Notes: generated by a model not told the origin, from the letters alone. Counted from the first letter of the stretch, positions 8,197-19,029 are shown. The stretch is 64,000 nucleotides of DNA from Spirochaetia bacterium (GCA_963662795.1 OY759746.1:1760001-1824000); one strand, 5' to 3'. Numbers and translations: made by a program.

Positions 8197-9001
8197 ATTT
8201 TCTTTTGGCAAGAATTATCTGAGAAGCCTCATAAAAACCTTCCGCGTCATTCTTTTCTGTGACATACACGGGATAGTGCTTCATGATGGGAAGAAATTTT
8301 TTGATGTTTGCGACTGCAATTGTATGTTTGAGAGCTTTAAACATAGGCTCATCATTCTGGGAGTCTCCCGCGAAAATTATTTTATCCTGAAGCGCTTCAA
8401 GCTCCTTCCCTGTAAAATCCTTAAGAAGCATCCTGAAGCATGTAAGCTTGTCATAATCTCCGTACCAGCAATTTATGTGGATACTTGATATTTTATAAAC
8501 TGCTTTCTCTTCATCAAGAATACTGCAGATTTTATCCATTTCATTTTTATTCAGCGGCGGGACATCTTCGCAGAAATCAATTGCAAGGTCGGCAATCCTG
8601 AAATCCTGATCCGACGCAATACCTGCGTTCGGCACTTCCTTCAGAACCCTCTCTTTTATTTTATTGAGTCTGTCCCTGCCCTGTCTTCTATCCTCATCGC
8701 TCTGGAGATATTTTCTTATTACTTTTCTCTGCTGCGGATCATAGGAAAAATAAAAGGCGCCGTTTTCACCTACAACCCCCGCAACCGGCCACATCCTTGC
8801 GATGTGATCGCACCATCCGGCAGGACGCCCTGTTACAGGCACTATTTTTATACCTGCATCATGAAGTTTCCAGATTGCCTCAAAGGTTGATGAGGGAAGT
8901 TTCCCCCCGGTAGTGATTGTGTCATCAATATCCGTAAAAAGGTAAAGGAGGTTTTTGCAAAGGTCCTCCGGAATTTCGTTTACATGCGTTATGGGTTTCA
9001 T
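8195..9001 (-). CDS. HAD-IIB family hydrolase (start moved to ATG 9001)
   Basis: FTDIDDT, VTGRPAGW, GENGA and GDSQNDEPMF; SD GGAGAGG before MKPITH. Confidence 0.88.
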   Translation of the reverse strand: MKPITHVNEIPEDLCKNLLYLFTDIDDTITTGGKLPSSTFEAIWKLHDAGIKIVPVTGRPAGWCDHIARMWPVAGVVGENGAFYFSYDPQQRKVIRKYLQSDEDRRQGRDRLNKIKERVLKEVPNAGIASDQDFRIADLAIDFCEDVPPLNKNEMDKICSILDEEKAVYKISSIHINCWYGDYDKLTCFRMLLKDFTGKELEALQDKIIFAGDSQNDEPMFKALKHTIAVANIKKFLPIMKHYPVYVTEKNDAEGFYEASQIILAKRK

Positions 9002-9090
9002 TATCCTCTCCGTTGAGAGAATATTATTTATTGAAGGATTCATCAATAGAGGGTTTGACACGGGATATTATAATTTTGTATTGTGAATTT

Positions 9091-9789
9091 ATGATAATAG
9101 CACACAGGGGGGCAAGCGCGTATGCCCCGGACAATACAATAGCCGCGATAAACAAGGCATTTGAACTAGGAGCAGACGGCATAGAAATAGATGTTCAGAT
9201 GAGCCGTGATGGTGAACTTTTTATTTTTCATGACTGGAACCTTGAAAAAGTAACAGGTGATAAAGCCTTGATTACATCAAAAAGCTCGGCGGAAATAAAA
9301 AATATTGATGCAGGAAGCTGGTTCTCTCCGGAATTCGCCGGCGAGAAAATACCAAAGCTGGATGAGGTGCTGGATATAGTGCCTAAGGGTAAGCTGGTTA
9401 ATATTGAGATAAAGAAAACTGTTTTAGACACAAGACCGGTTGAAGAAAAGGTTGTAAGGCTGGTAAGTGATAAGGGGATGACCGGGAATGTCATTATTTC
9501 ATCTTTTAATCATAGAACCATTTCAATCGTTGAGAAGATCGACGCCGAAATAAAGACAGCCCTTATCATGGCATCACAGCTGGTAAATCCGATGAAGTAT
9601 CTAAGTAATTTCAGATGCTACAGTTTCCATCCGGTTTTATATTATGCAGATGAGCAGCTTGTAAAAGAGCTCCATGCAAATAACATTAAAATATATCCCT
9701 GGGTGGTAAACGATGCTTTTTATGCAAAAGCGCTTACCGGCGCCGGCTGCGACGGGATAATTACCAATTATCCGGATCTTAAATTTTAA
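9091..9789 (+). CDS. Glycerophosphodiester phosphodiesterase, cytoplasmic UgpQ-like (start moved to ATG 9091)
   Basis: IIAHRGAS, GIEIDV, IFHD, NIEIK, IISSF, WVVND and DGIITNYP; no signal peptide. Confidence 0.92.
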   Translation: MIIAHRGASAYAPDNTIAAINKAFELGADGIEIDVQMSRDGELFIFHDWNLEKVTGDKALITSKSSAEIKNIDAGSWFSPEFAGEKIPKLDEVLDIVPKGKLVNIEIKKTVLDTRPVEEKVVRLVSDKGMTGNVIISSFNHRTISIVEKIDAEIKTALIMASQLVNPMKYLSNFRCYSFHPVLYYADEQLVKELHANNIKIYPWVVNDAFYAKALTGAGCDGIITNYPDLKF

Positions 9790-9822
9790 GGCAAGTCGTA
9801 CCTTCCTCAGGCGACGGGATTA

Positions 9823-10743
9823 TTACCAATTATCCCGACCTTCGTTTCCAAGGAAAATTTTAACCTCTTCAAGTGACGGAATAGAAGTAATTCCCCCTCT
9901 CTTCTGTACAGAGAGGGCGGAAGCGGCGGCTGAAAAAACTATTGCTTTTTCAAGGCTATAGCCCTGTACAAGACACCACGCAAAGGCCCCGTGATAGATA
10001 TCGCCGGCCCCTGTTGTGTCTACCGCCTTAACCCTGAATGCATCAAGGCGGGTAACTTCTCCCTCTTTTTCAAATACCATCCCGTCCTCACCCATGGTAA
10101 TTACTATTGTATTTTTATTTAAACCTTTAAGCGCATTAAATGCCCTGTTATAGCCGGAACTTTCCTTTATGTTTTTTATACCGGAGACAGAACATGCGAA
10201 CCTCTCGGAACATACCAGATAATCAACCTTTGCGGCGAGGCACTCTGTTTCTTTTCTGAGAGAGCCTGCATCAAGAATAGTTTTTGCATCAGGAAATATT
10301 TCCATGGACTTAAGCGCTGTTTCAAGTTCATATCCGTCAAAGAGAAGGACAGACGGGTTATATTTTTTAAGCCCCTCTGCGGTCTGACCGCCTGTCTGTT
10401 CAAGGGTGTTCCTGTTTACAAGTGTTCTGCTTCCATTTTCAAGATTTACAATTATTATTGAAAGAGGCGTTTTAATCCCTTTCCTTTTTATCATACTGCT
10501 GCAGTCAACCCCTGATTCTGTAAGTTCATTTTCAATCAGCTGCCCGTAAATATCATCGCCTGTAACTCCAATGAATGAGGAGTCAAGTCCCCACTTTGAC
10601 AGAAGGCATGATGCGTTTGCAGCAGGGCCTCCTGTGCATTCGTTGAAATCCTGCGTCATGTACTTGAAGTTTTCCTCAGGGTATTTCTCAAAGTAAGCTG
10701 TGATATCATAAGAAGTGTTTCCGATGCAGAGTACCTGATCCAT
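9823..10743 (-). CDS. PfkB family carbohydrate kinase
   Basis: GGPAANA, GVTGDDIYG and the PfkB signature VDTTGAGDIYHGAF. Confidence 0.9.
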   Translation of the reverse strand: MDQVLCIGNTSYDITAYFEKYPEENFKYMTQDFNECTGGPAANASCLLSKWGLDSSFIGVTGDDIYGQLIENELTESGVDCSSMIKRKGIKTPLSIIIVNLENGSRTLVNRNTLEQTGGQTAEGLKKYNPSVLLFDGYELETALKSMEIFPDAKTILDAGSLRKETECLAAKVDYLVCSERFACSVSGIKNIKESSGYNRAFNALKGLNKNTIVITMGEDGMVFEKEGEVTRLDAFRVKAVDTTGAGDIYHGAFAWCLVQGYSLEKAIVFSAAASALSVQKRGGITSIPSLEEVKIFLGNEGRDNW

Positions 10744-10745
10744 AT

Positions 10746-11753
10746 TTAACCTGCCTGAAAAAAAATCGGGACAAGAAACGGGACCGCGAGTGACAGAATC
10801 GCGCCGCTTGAAATGGAAAGAGGAACTATACTGTCTCCGCAGCTCTTTTCAATAAGAGGCAGCGTTACATCCATGCTTGTCGCCCCGGCAACCCCTATCG
10901 CGATATTCGGGTACCTTGTGCGGGCAATAAAGGGAATTGTAACAAGCGCTATACTTTCCCTCATGAGGTTTATCAGAAACCCTGCCGATCCAAGCACAGG
11001 GTCTCCCATATCTGTAATGATGACCCCGGACAGCGAGTACCAGCCGAAGCCTGATACAAGCGCAAGTGCCTTGCCAGGCGTTATCATAAGCAGCGGGGCG
11101 GCGGCAAGTCCCCCGAGCAGGGAACCGATTATAGTCCCGAGCGGCAGCAGCGCGGTTTCAGGGTGGGCAAGGGTATCCTTAAGGCTTACATTGTTCTTTA
11201 CAAGCTGGGCGCCGATTAAAAACAGGAGAAGATACAAAAGCCATGTAGTAAGGTTTGAACCTGTAAATGCCGGATAAATCTTTATAAGCCAGCCTGATGC
11301 GAAGCCCGCAATTACATACGATACAAGCTTAAGGGGCTCTTTCAGGTGGTGGAAAAATCCTTCATCACCGGCACTGAAATTGTTTATGCTGACGCTTCCG
11401 GCGGCAGCAGACGCTCTGGCGCTGTTTATGCCGGACTTTACTTCATAAGGTTTAAATGACTGTGTATTTCCCCGGAAATAATCCCTGACTGAAAATATTA
11501 TGAAAAGTACTATAACAGTTCCCGCAACCGAAGCTACTGCAAAGGAAATGGAAACAATGCCAATGGTTTTAAGCGCTTTGCCTATTTCCTCGTTTCTTCC
11601 TATTCTGAACCCCATGAAGAAAAGGAGAAGGAAAAGCGAAATGTTTATCAGGGTATTGAACACCCTGCCCTCTGGGAGAATTCTGATTTTTGCTGCAGCC
11701 ATGCCTGCGAACAAAAACACGAGTATTATTCCAATTGAGATAAATGCAGACAT
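10746..11753 (-). CDS. Lysine exporter LysO (YbjE/DUF340) family membrane protein
   Basis: GFGWYSLSG, NLMRE and GATSMDVTLPLI motifs with many TM segments. Confidence 0.85.
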   Translation of the reverse strand: MSAFISIGIILVFLFAGMAAAKIRILPEGRVFNTLINISLFLLLFFMGFRIGRNEEIGKALKTIGIVSISFAVASVAGTVIVLFIIFSVRDYFRGNTQSFKPYEVKSGINSARASAAAGSVSINNFSAGDEGFFHHLKEPLKLVSYVIAGFASGWLIKIYPAFTGSNLTTWLLYLLLFLIGAQLVKNNVSLKDTLAHPETALLPLGTIIGSLLGGLAAAPLLMITPGKALALVSGFGWYSLSGVIITDMGDPVLGSAGFLINLMRESIALVTIPFIARTRYPNIAIGVAGATSMDVTLPLIEKSCGDSIVPLSISSGAILSLAVPFLVPIFFQAG

Positions 11754-11906
11754 GGCTAAAAACTAACATAATCCCCCTATTAGTTCAATTAGCCGCGTTA
11801 TTTATGCTTCTTATAATCTAAAAACTTGACTATTATCAATCGTATATGTAAAAATAATAAATATGTTTATGCCTATATGGCAAACATAAAATAAGGAGTA
11901 TTACAG

Positions 11907-12665
11907 ATGAAAAAGATTTTACTTGTACTGCTTGCGGCAGTTCTGGTTTTCGGAATTGCTTCATGTTCAAAGAAAGAGCAGAAAGCAGGAGAAAAAAAGG
12001 TTATAACAATTGCATCAGACGCGACATGGCCACCGATGGAGTATGTAGACGAAAATAAAAATATTGTCGGATTTGATGTTGATCTGATGAATGCCGCGGC
12101 TGAAGCAGGCGGATATGAAGTAGTAATTAAAAATACCGCATGGGACGGAATTTTTGCCGGCCTTGCCAACGGCGAATATGACGCTGTCTGCTCATCAGTT
12201 ACAATTACTGAAGAGAGAAAAGGGACAATGGATTTTTCAGTACCCTATGTTAACGCAGGGCAGGTACTTGTCGTTGAAGCAGGGAATGACACGGATAAAG
12301 TTCTCGCTGACATGAAAGGCAAGGAAGCAGGTGCACAGATCGGTACAACCGGAGCTATTGAGATCCAGAATACCGAAGGCGTTGTTCTCAAAACTTACGA
12401 CGAAATAGGGCTTGCAATTGCTGACCTTGCCAACGGAAGAATAGCAGGTGTTGTTGCTGACGCCCCCATTGCAGCTGACTTCGTACTTCAGAATGATGAA
12501 TACAAGAGCAAACTCAAAATAGTAGGAGTTCCTTTTACAGATGAATACTACGGCGTGGCTGTAAAAAAAGGAAATCAGGAAATTCTTGATCTGGTAAACG
12601 CGGGACTTAAAAAAGTCATAGACTCCGGAAAAGCAAAAGAGCTTGAAGACAAGTGGCTCAGATAA
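11907..12665 (+). CDS. Polar/basic amino acid ABC transporter substrate-binding lipoprotein
   Basis: Lipobox IASC, DATWPPME, GFDVDL, WDGIFAGL and GAQIGTTG. Confidence 0.92.
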   Translation: MKKILLVLLAAVLVFGIASCSKKEQKAGEKKVITIASDATWPPMEYVDENKNIVGFDVDLMNAAAEAGGYEVVIKNTAWDGIFAGLANGEYDAVCSSVTITEERKGTMDFSVPYVNAGQVLVVEAGNDTDKVLADMKGKEAGAQIGTTGAIEIQNTEGVVLKTYDEIGLAIADLANGRIAGVVADAPIAADFVLQNDEYKSKLKIVGVPFTDEYYGVAVKKGNQEILDLVNAGLKKVIDSGKAKELEDKWLR

Positions 12666-13438
12666 AAACGCCCCGTTTTGAAGTTACAGATGGTACGCTG
12701 ATCCCGGATAAAGGCGAGAAATCCATATTTTCAGCCTGGAAACTCGCCTTTTTCGGGGCTATATCACTGCTTATCATTCTCCCTGTTGTCAAACCGGACC
12801 CATATTTTCAGATTATTAAATTCCTGCCGGACGGGATTATTGCGACTTTTCAGGTAACAATACTTTCGATTGTCCTTTCGTTTTTTATAGGACTGATAAC
12901 AGGCCTGGGACGGATTTCAAGAATAACGTTTTTCAACCGGATTGCAACAGTTTATGTCGAGGTGATAAGGGGGATTCCGCTTCTTGTCCAGCTTTTTTAT
13001 ATCTATTACGCGCTTGGCAAAATTGTTCAGGTTCCCCGCCTTGCCTCAGCTGTAATTGCCATGGCTGTGTGTTACGGGGCCTACATGGGAGAGATATTCA
13101 GGGCAGGTATACTTGCCATCCCGAGGGGACAGATGGAGGCAGCCCTTGCACTTGGACTTTCCAGGGGACAGGCTTTATGGAAGGTAATTCTTCCTCAGAC
13201 AATCAAGGTTATCCTGCCGCCGATCGGCAACGAGTTTATAGCGCTGCTTAAGGATTCCTCCCTTGTTTCGATCCTTGCGGTATCTGATTTACTCAGGCGT
13301 GGCAGGGAATATGCATCAACGTCATTCATGTATTTTGAAAGCTACACAATAGTAGCTCTTGTGTACCTGATTATTACCCTGTTCCTGTCAAGGCTTGTGG
13401 CAATAATGGAAGAAAGGCTGGTGAGACGTGAAAAGTAA
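12653..13438 (+). CDS. Polar amino acid ABC transporter permease
   Basis: [24 protein letters not shown] and [12 protein letters not shown]; GTG start is uncertain. Confidence 0.9.
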   Translation: MAQIKTPRFEVTDGTLIPDKGEKSIFSAWKLAFFGAISLLIILPVVKPDPYFQIIKFLPDGIIATFQVTILSIVLSFFIGLITGLGRISRITFFNRIATVYVEVIRGIPLLVQLFYIYYALGKIVQVPRLASAVIAMAVCYGAYMGEIFRAGILAIPRGQMEAALALGLSRGQALWKVILPQTIKVILPPIGNEFIALLKDSSLVSILAVSDLLRRGREYASTSFMYFESYTIVALVYLIITLFLSRLVAIMEERLVRREK

Positions 13439-14171
13439 CAACAAACCAAGAGTAAGAATTGAAAATGCGTCAAAAAATTTTGATAAAGTAACAGCGCTGA
13501 AAAACGTAAGCCTCGAAGTTAAAACCGGAGAAGTTGTCCTTATTATCGGCCCTTCCGGAAGCGGTAAAAGCACCTTGTTAAGGAGTGTAAACAGGCTTGA
13601 AAACCTTACTTCGGGAGATATCTGGGTTGATGACGATCTTTTGACTCATAACAAATCAGATATACGGAAGATTCGGGAAGAGGTTGGAATGGTTTTTCAG
13701 AGTTTCAATCTGTTTTCCCACCTTACTGCGCTTGAAAATGTAACGCTCGCGCCGCTGACAGTTAAAAAGACACCAAAAGAAGCTGCTGCAGCAAACGGGA
13801 GAGAGCTCCTTAAAAGGGTAGGCCTTTCCGATAAGGAAAACAACTATCCTGACCAGCTTTCAGGAGGACAGCAGCAGCGGGTTGCGATTGCAAGGGCTCT
13901 TGCAATGAACCCCAAGGTGATGCTGTTTGACGAACCTACAAGCGCCCTTGATCCCGAAATGATAAAGGAAGTTCTTGATGTTATGCTTCAGCTTGCAAAA
14001 GACGGAATGACAATGCTTGTTGTTTCCCACGAGATGGGTTTTGCAAGAGCGGCAGCTGATAAAGTTGTTTTTATGGACGGCGGAGAGATTATTGAAACAG
14101 GCACCCCCGATGATATTTTTGACAGGCCGAAGGAAGAGAGAACAAAAAAATTCCTCAAGCATATATTGTAA
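13428..14171 (+). CDS. Polar amino acid ABC transporter ATP-binding protein, GlnQ family
   Basis: [33 protein letters not shown] and [11 protein letters not shown]. Confidence 0.93.
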   Translation: MKSNNKPRVRIENASKNFDKVTALKNVSLEVKTGEVVLIIGPSGSGKSTLLRSVNRLENLTSGDIWVDDDLLTHNKSDIRKIREEVGMVFQSFNLFSHLTALENVTLAPLTVKKTPKEAAAANGRELLKRVGLSDKENNYPDQLSGGQQQRVAIARALAMNPKVMLFDEPTSALDPEMIKEVLDVMLQLAKDGMTMLVVSHEMGFARAAADKVVFMDGGEIIETGTPDDIFDRPKEERTKKFLKHIL

Positions 14172-14193
14172 CAGTATTTAATAAAATAACCGG

Positions 14194-14227
14194 AAAAAGC
14201 CGCAGACTGTCAATCTGCGGCTTTTTT
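14194..14227 (+). terminator. Rho-independent terminator
   Basis: AAAAAGCCGCAGA/TCTGCGGCTTTTTT inverted repeat. Confidence 0.85.
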
Positions 14228-14381
14228 GTAAATACATCAGAAAACGGCTGTTATAATCACAATAATGTCAAAAAATGCGTATTATTATACTTTATTTATC
14301 AATAATTGCGTGTTATAATGATTTAAATATCAAAATAGATGCGAAATATTGATAAGGACTAATGGGAGACAGGAGGGAATC

Positions 14382-15722
14382 ATGAATAAACCGCAGATGT
14401 CAGTTTATTTTCAGGCCAGGAAACCTTCGGCAATAAGGATGTCACAGATTGAATTTGCCAAACGTAAAGATAAGGTAAAAGAGATAAATACCGCAATAGG
14501 GAATGTAACCCTGCCGACGCATCCCGCAATGCAGAAGAGGATGTTTAATCTTGATGCCAAGGACTCGCCTTTTAAAGACGGAGTTGTCAAGTATACGGCT
14601 ACGGTAGGAATGAAAGAAACCAATGATGCGTTTTTGAATGTCATTGCTTCAGCTGGTTTTAAGACAGAAGGGCTTTATTCTCAGATAACAGACGGCGGAA
14701 GCCAGGCTATGGAAATCATCATACTGGGAATCTGCGGCCCCGCCGGGACTGATGAAAAACCGATTCTGCTTATTGACCCCGCCTATACAAATTATCTTTC
14801 CATGAAAGACAGGGTTGGAAGAAAAAGCGTTTCAGTTAAAAGAAAGCTTGAGAAAAATGGTAAATTCACACTTCCGGATATGAAAGAAATGGAAGAGGTA
14901 ATCGAAAAAAATAAACCCGGTGTTATGATAGTAATTCCATACGATAACCCGACAGGGCATTTCTACGACAAGGCGGCTATGGTTTCTCTCGCAAAACTCT
15001 GCGTGAAATACAACATGTGGATGGTAAGTGATGAGGCATACAGGGAGCTACTTTACAGCGGTGATAAAGTAAGCAGTATCTGGGGTATCACTGATAAGGA
15101 TGTTCCCGGAATTGAGGGGAGAAGAATCAGTATAGAAACAACTTCCAAGGTATGGAACTGCTGCGGGCTGAGGGTCGGAGCTCTTATTACTGATAATGAG
15201 GAATTTCATGCAAAGGCTGTAGCCGAAAACACTGCAAACCTGTGTTCAAGCGCTATAGGTCAGTATATTTTCGGGGCAATTGCGCACGAGTCGCATGAAG
15301 ATCTTAACAAATGGTACAGGAAAATCAGCAGTTATTACAAACCGATGCTTGCTGATTTCTGCAGCGAGCTTAAATCAAGGCTTCCGGGTGTAATTGTTTC
15401 AAGCCCCGATTCCTCGATTTATTCAGTCATAGATGTAAGGGATATAGCTCCTGCCGGTTTCAAATCCATGGATTTTGTCCTTTACTGCGCAAAAGAGGGT
15501 AAGGTTGAACTGGATGGTGAATATTACACGCTTCTTGTTGCGCCCATGTCGGGGTTCTACAGCGTTGAAAAGGGGGAGAAAAATCCGGGCGACACACAGA
15601 TGAGGGTTGCATATGTTCCTGCAAAGGAAGATATGCAAAAAGCACCGGTACTTTTCGAGAAGCTGTTTAAAGCTTACACCGCATCGATGAGAGAACCTGC
15701 ATTGGCTTCCGCTAAAAACTGA
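14382..15722 (+). CDS. PLP-dependent aminotransferase class I/II (start moved to ATG 14382)
   Basis: SD AGGAGG, PYDNPTG, SDEAYREL and TTSKVWNCCGLRVG (PLP lysine). Confidence 0.85.
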   Translation: MNKPQMSVYFQARKPSAIRMSQIEFAKRKDKVKEINTAIGNVTLPTHPAMQKRMFNLDAKDSPFKDGVVKYTATVGMKETNDAFLNVIASAGFKTEGLYSQITDGGSQAMEIIILGICGPAGTDEKPILLIDPAYTNYLSMKDRVGRKSVSVKRKLEKNGKFTLPDMKEMEEVIEKNKPGVMIVIPYDNPTGHFYDKAAMVSLAKLCVKYNMWMVSDEAYRELLYSGDKVSSIWGITDKDVPGIEGRRISIETTSKVWNCCGLRVGALITDNEEFHAKAVAENTANLCSSAIGQYIFGAIAHESHEDLNKWYRKISSYYKPMLADFCSELKSRLPGVIVSSPDSSIYSVIDVRDIAPAGFKSMDFVLYCAKEGKVELDGEYYTLLVAPMSGFYSVEKGEKNPGDTQMRVAYVPAKEDMQKAPVLFEKLFKAYTASMREPALASAKN

Positions 15723-15824
15723 TCCGGGATAACTGTGAAACGCAGGATTCAATTTTATTGTTTCGTGCGTCTGTCAGGGTAACCCCGGACTATTGATAAG
15801 AGGCTGCTGTTACGGCAGCCTTTA

Positions 15825-17603
15825 TTATTTTTCAGCTTCTTCCAGTTTAAATTCAATATGCAGTTCTTTCATCTGTATCCCGGAAAGTTCGGATGGTGAT
15901 GAGTCAAGGGGGGAAAGGCCTGCCGTATTTTTGGGGAATGCAATTACCTCCCTGATGGAAGGCTCTCTGCACATCAGCATTACAAGCCTGTCAAGACCGG
16001 GAGCAATGCCGCCGTGCGGTGGCGGGCCGAACCTGAATGAGTCAAGAAGAAAGCCGAACTTGCCGGTGGCCTCTTCTTCCGAGAAACCTACGATACTGAA
16101 TATTTTTTTCTGTATGACCGGATCATGCACCCTGATTGAACCGGAGGCTATCTCATAGCCGTTAAGGACAAGATCGTAAAGATCTCCTTTTACAGGGCCG
16201 GGATCCTTTTCCATGGTATCAAGATACTGCGCCTGAGGCATTGAAAACATGTGATGGGCAGGGTCCCATTTATTTTCGTCCTCATTCCATTCAAATAAGG
16301 GGAAGTCGACAATCCAGACAAATTCGAACCTGTCCCTGTCGATAAGCCCCAGGTCGGAAGCGAGACGCGTCCTTACAGCACCAAGAGAAGTACAGGCTGT
16401 TTTCCAGTTGTCGGCTGCAAAAAGCAGGAGGTCGCCGGGCTGCGCATCAGCTCTTTCCATAATTGTGCTTTCCATATCTTTAAAGAATTTGGAAATGCCT
16501 CCGTCAATGCCGGATTCTGTAACCTTCATCCAGGCAAGGCCTTTGGCTTTATATATTTTTGCCGTCTCTTCAAGATCTGTTATCTGCTTTCTGGAATATC
16601 CTGCGCATCCCTTTGCGTTAAGGAATTTGACAAATCCGCCGTTTTCAGCAGCTGCCCTGAATACAGAGAATTCAGAATCCTTAACCAGGTCTGTCATGTC
16701 TCCCATCTGAAGGTCAAAACGGAGGTCCGGTTTGTCAGTGCCGTACAGATCCATAGCCTGATGATATGTAAGCCGTCTGAAGGTCTGCGGAAGTTTTACA
16801 GCGAGTGTTTTTTCAAAGACATGGTTCATCATCCCTTCCGTAAGCGAAAGGATATCCTCCCTGTCGACAAAGCTCATTTCTATATCAATCTGGGTAAATT
16901 CAGGCTGCCTGTCGCCCCGTGCATCTTCATCCCTGTAGCATCTGGCTATCTGAAAATATTTATCAAATCCTGACACCATCAGAAGCTGCTTGTAAATCTG
17001 CGGCGACTGCGGCAGCGCGAATGCTTTCCCCGGATAAAGCCTGGACGGGACAATAAAATCGCGGGCCCCTTCCGGTGTAGTTTTGATAAATGTCGGGGTT
17101 TCTATTTCGTAAAAATTTCTGGAATTAAGATATTCCCTTACAGCGAAAGCTGTTTTGTGCCTTATCGTGATATTCCTCTGCATCCTCTCTGTCCGGAGGT
17201 CAAGGTATCTGTATTTGAGGCGCAGTTCTTCCCTGGCTTCTGCCTCTCCGTCTACCATAAAGGGGAGGGTGTCGCAGGTTGAGTGAATTATTATATCGTC
17301 TGCCGATATTTCAATTTCACCTGTACTCATATCCTTATTGATCATATTATCAGGCCTTTTTCTTACAGTGCCTGATACTGAAATACAGTATTCGAATTTA
17401 AGCCGTGAAGCTGTTTCTTTCAGTTCTGAAGGTGCATTCTCGTCGATAACAATCTGGGTTATTCCATAGCGGTCCCTGAGATCCAGGAAATGTATCCCGC
17501 CGTGATTTCTGTTTTTGTAGACCCATCCGCTTAATAATACTTTAGCTGAACCGGCGGAAGCATTGAGCTCTCCGCATGTGTGTGTGCGTTTTAAAAATTT
17601 CAT
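15825..17603 (-). CDS. aspS: Aspartate--tRNA ligase (start moved to ATG 17603)
   Basis: RTHTCGEL, DLRDRYG, RLKYRYLDLR, ALPQSPQ, YFQIARCYRDED, RQPEFTQID and PPHGGIAPGLDR. Confidence 0.97.
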   Translation of the reverse strand: MKFLKRTHTCGELNASAGSAKVLLSGWVYKNRNHGGIHFLDLRDRYGITQIVIDENAPSELKETASRLKFEYCISVSGTVRKRPDNMINKDMSTGEIEISADDIIIHSTCDTLPFMVDGEAEAREELRLKYRYLDLRTERMQRNITIRHKTAFAVREYLNSRNFYEIETPTFIKTTPEGARDFIVPSRLYPGKAFALPQSPQIYKQLLMVSGFDKYFQIARCYRDEDARGDRQPEFTQIDIEMSFVDREDILSLTEGMMNHVFEKTLAVKLPQTFRRLTYHQAMDLYGTDKPDLRFDLQMGDMTDLVKDSEFSVFRAAAENGGFVKFLNAKGCAGYSRKQITDLEETAKIYKAKGLAWMKVTESGIDGGISKFFKDMESTIMERADAQPGDLLLFAADNWKTACTSLGAVRTRLASDLGLIDRDRFEFVWIVDFPLFEWNEDENKWDPAHHMFSMPQAQYLDTMEKDPGPVKGDLYDLVLNGYEIASGSIRVHDPVIQKKIFSIVGFSEEEATGKFGFLLDSFRFGPPPHGGIAPGLDRLVMLMCREPSIREVIAFPKNTAGLSPLDSSPSELSGIQMKELHIEFKLEEAEK

Positions 17604-17610
17604 GGGAATT

Positions 17611-17639
17611 AATCTATCATTAGAAAACAACATGTTCAA
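17611..17639 (-). promoter_or_regulatory. aspS promoter, apparently giving a leaderless mRNA
   Basis: Minus strand: TTGAAC, 17 bp, TGa-TAGATT, 7 nt, ATG; no SD. Confidence 0.65.
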
Positions 17640-17720
17640 GCTGTTGTAATGATTGGATTTTAGCGGTATTTTTTATATATAAATTCAAAAAAGTAAAATT
17701 AAAACATGGAGATAAGCTGC

Positions 17721-18479
17721 ATGAATAAGCACAGTAATCCGCCAAAGTATGTAAAGATAATAAACTGGCTTGAAGAGCAGATTAAAGAGGGAGCAATAAC
17801 TGTTGGAGGCCGCCTGCCTACCGAAGAGAGCATAGCGGAAAAATTCGGATTCAACAGGATGACTGTAAGACAGGCTATAGATGATTTTGTAGTACGTAAA
17901 ATGGTTACAAGAAGACGCGGCCACGGCTCAACCCTTGTCAGAAATACCCCTGTGGAGTATATATGGCAGTTCAATAATATCCTGAGTTTTACGGAATCAA
18001 TGGAAAACAGCGGAATCAGTGCCCGTACGGAAAGTAACAGGATCGAAGTAATTGAAACGCCTCAAAAAACAGCAAAACTCCTTAAACTCACCTCCGGCAG
18101 CAGGGTTCTTCATACGCTGAGAACAAAATACGCGGAAAACGAACCGGTCTGCATTGAAAGCAGTTATCTGCCGTACGACAGATTCAGCAGGCTGACAGAT
18201 ATGGAAATCACCGGTTCCCTTTACAGAACGCTTGTGGAAGAGTTTGACACACATCTTGTAAAGTCAATCCAGTATTTAAGTTCAGTTATTTCCGGAAAGG
18301 ATGAGATGAAAATATTCGGCTTTGTTAAGCCTCAGCCGTGTCTGATGGTTGAAAGTCTTTCTTTTGATTCAGGCGGCAGTCCTGTTGAAGTCCTTTATTC
18401 ATGCTTCAGGGGAGACAGATACAGATTCAGGATTGAATCAGGGGAATACCAGTACCAAAAAAAACAGGACAGAATATAG
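17721..18479 (+). CDS. GntR family regulator, HutC/UTRA subfamily (alternative start 17706)
   Basis: PKY..I, RLPTE, NRMTVRQAI and RRRGHGS winged HTH, followed by a UTRA domain ending FRGDRY. Confidence 0.9.
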   Translation: MNKHSNPPKYVKIINWLEEQIKEGAITVGGRLPTEESIAEKFGFNRMTVRQAIDDFVVRKMVTRRRGHGSTLVRNTPVEYIWQFNNILSFTESMENSGISARTESNRIEVIETPQKTAKLLKLTSGSRVLHTLRTKYAENEPVCIESSYLPYDRFSRLTDMEITGSLYRTLVEEFDTHLVKSIQYLSSVISGKDEMKIFGFVKPQPCLMVESLSFDSGGSPVEVLYSCFRGDRYRFRIESGEYQYQKKQDRI

Positions 18480-18511
18480 TATCCTGTCCTGCCGTAATAA
18501 TAATAAAGTTA

Positions 18512-18817
18512 TTATTTCAAATAACCTGTGTAGTAAACCTTTGCCTGTCCAAGCGGTTCCATTGCTGCTGTATACATTTTCTTTTCCATATACTGCATAC
18601 CAAGAAACTGGATGCTTTCCGCTCTTCCCCAGTTGCTATTTTTTTTATCAAGACCAGCTGCAAGACATTTTGCCTGCAGATCCTGTACTTCTGCGTAAAG
18701 AGCTTTTGCTTCGGCTTCTTTCGGATCAGCAGCCGCTGCAGGTGCGCTTGATGCACATGCAACAAACATCATTCCAACAATGGCTACAAGAACAACAAGA
18801 AATAACTTTCTTTTCAT
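18512..18817 (-). CDS. Small hypothetical lipoprotein (101 aa)
   Basis: SD GAGGAGG, signal peptide with lipobox FVAC, Ala-rich linker and a helical C-terminus. Confidence 0.75.
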   Translation of the reverse strand: MKRKLFLVVLVAIVGMMFVACASSAPAAAADPKEAEAKALYAEVQDLQAKCLAAGLDKKNSNWGRAESIQFLGMQYMEKKMYTAAMEPLGQAKVYYTGYLK

Positions 18818-19029
18818 AATTCCTCCTCTTAACAATTGAAAAGCTATCAATTTGATAAACACAACCAAACTGATTATGTATGTCAATTAACAGTAAATTA
18901 ACGCCTTTTGTAAATTATTACTTGAAATCATTTTTTTTGCAAGTAAAAATTTCTCTCAAATGTTAAAGAAATAAAATAATCTAATAGTAATCATAAGATT
19001 TGCTATTAGATGTCCAGCTATTATAAGTC

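Noticed and set aside
15723-15821. Long imperfect hairpins between the aminotransferase and aspS
   Set aside because: Explained adequately as terminators between convergent genes; no second copy seen.
17604-17720. T-box leader upstream of aspS
   Set aside because: No T-box motif and no room for one; the promoter abuts the start codon.
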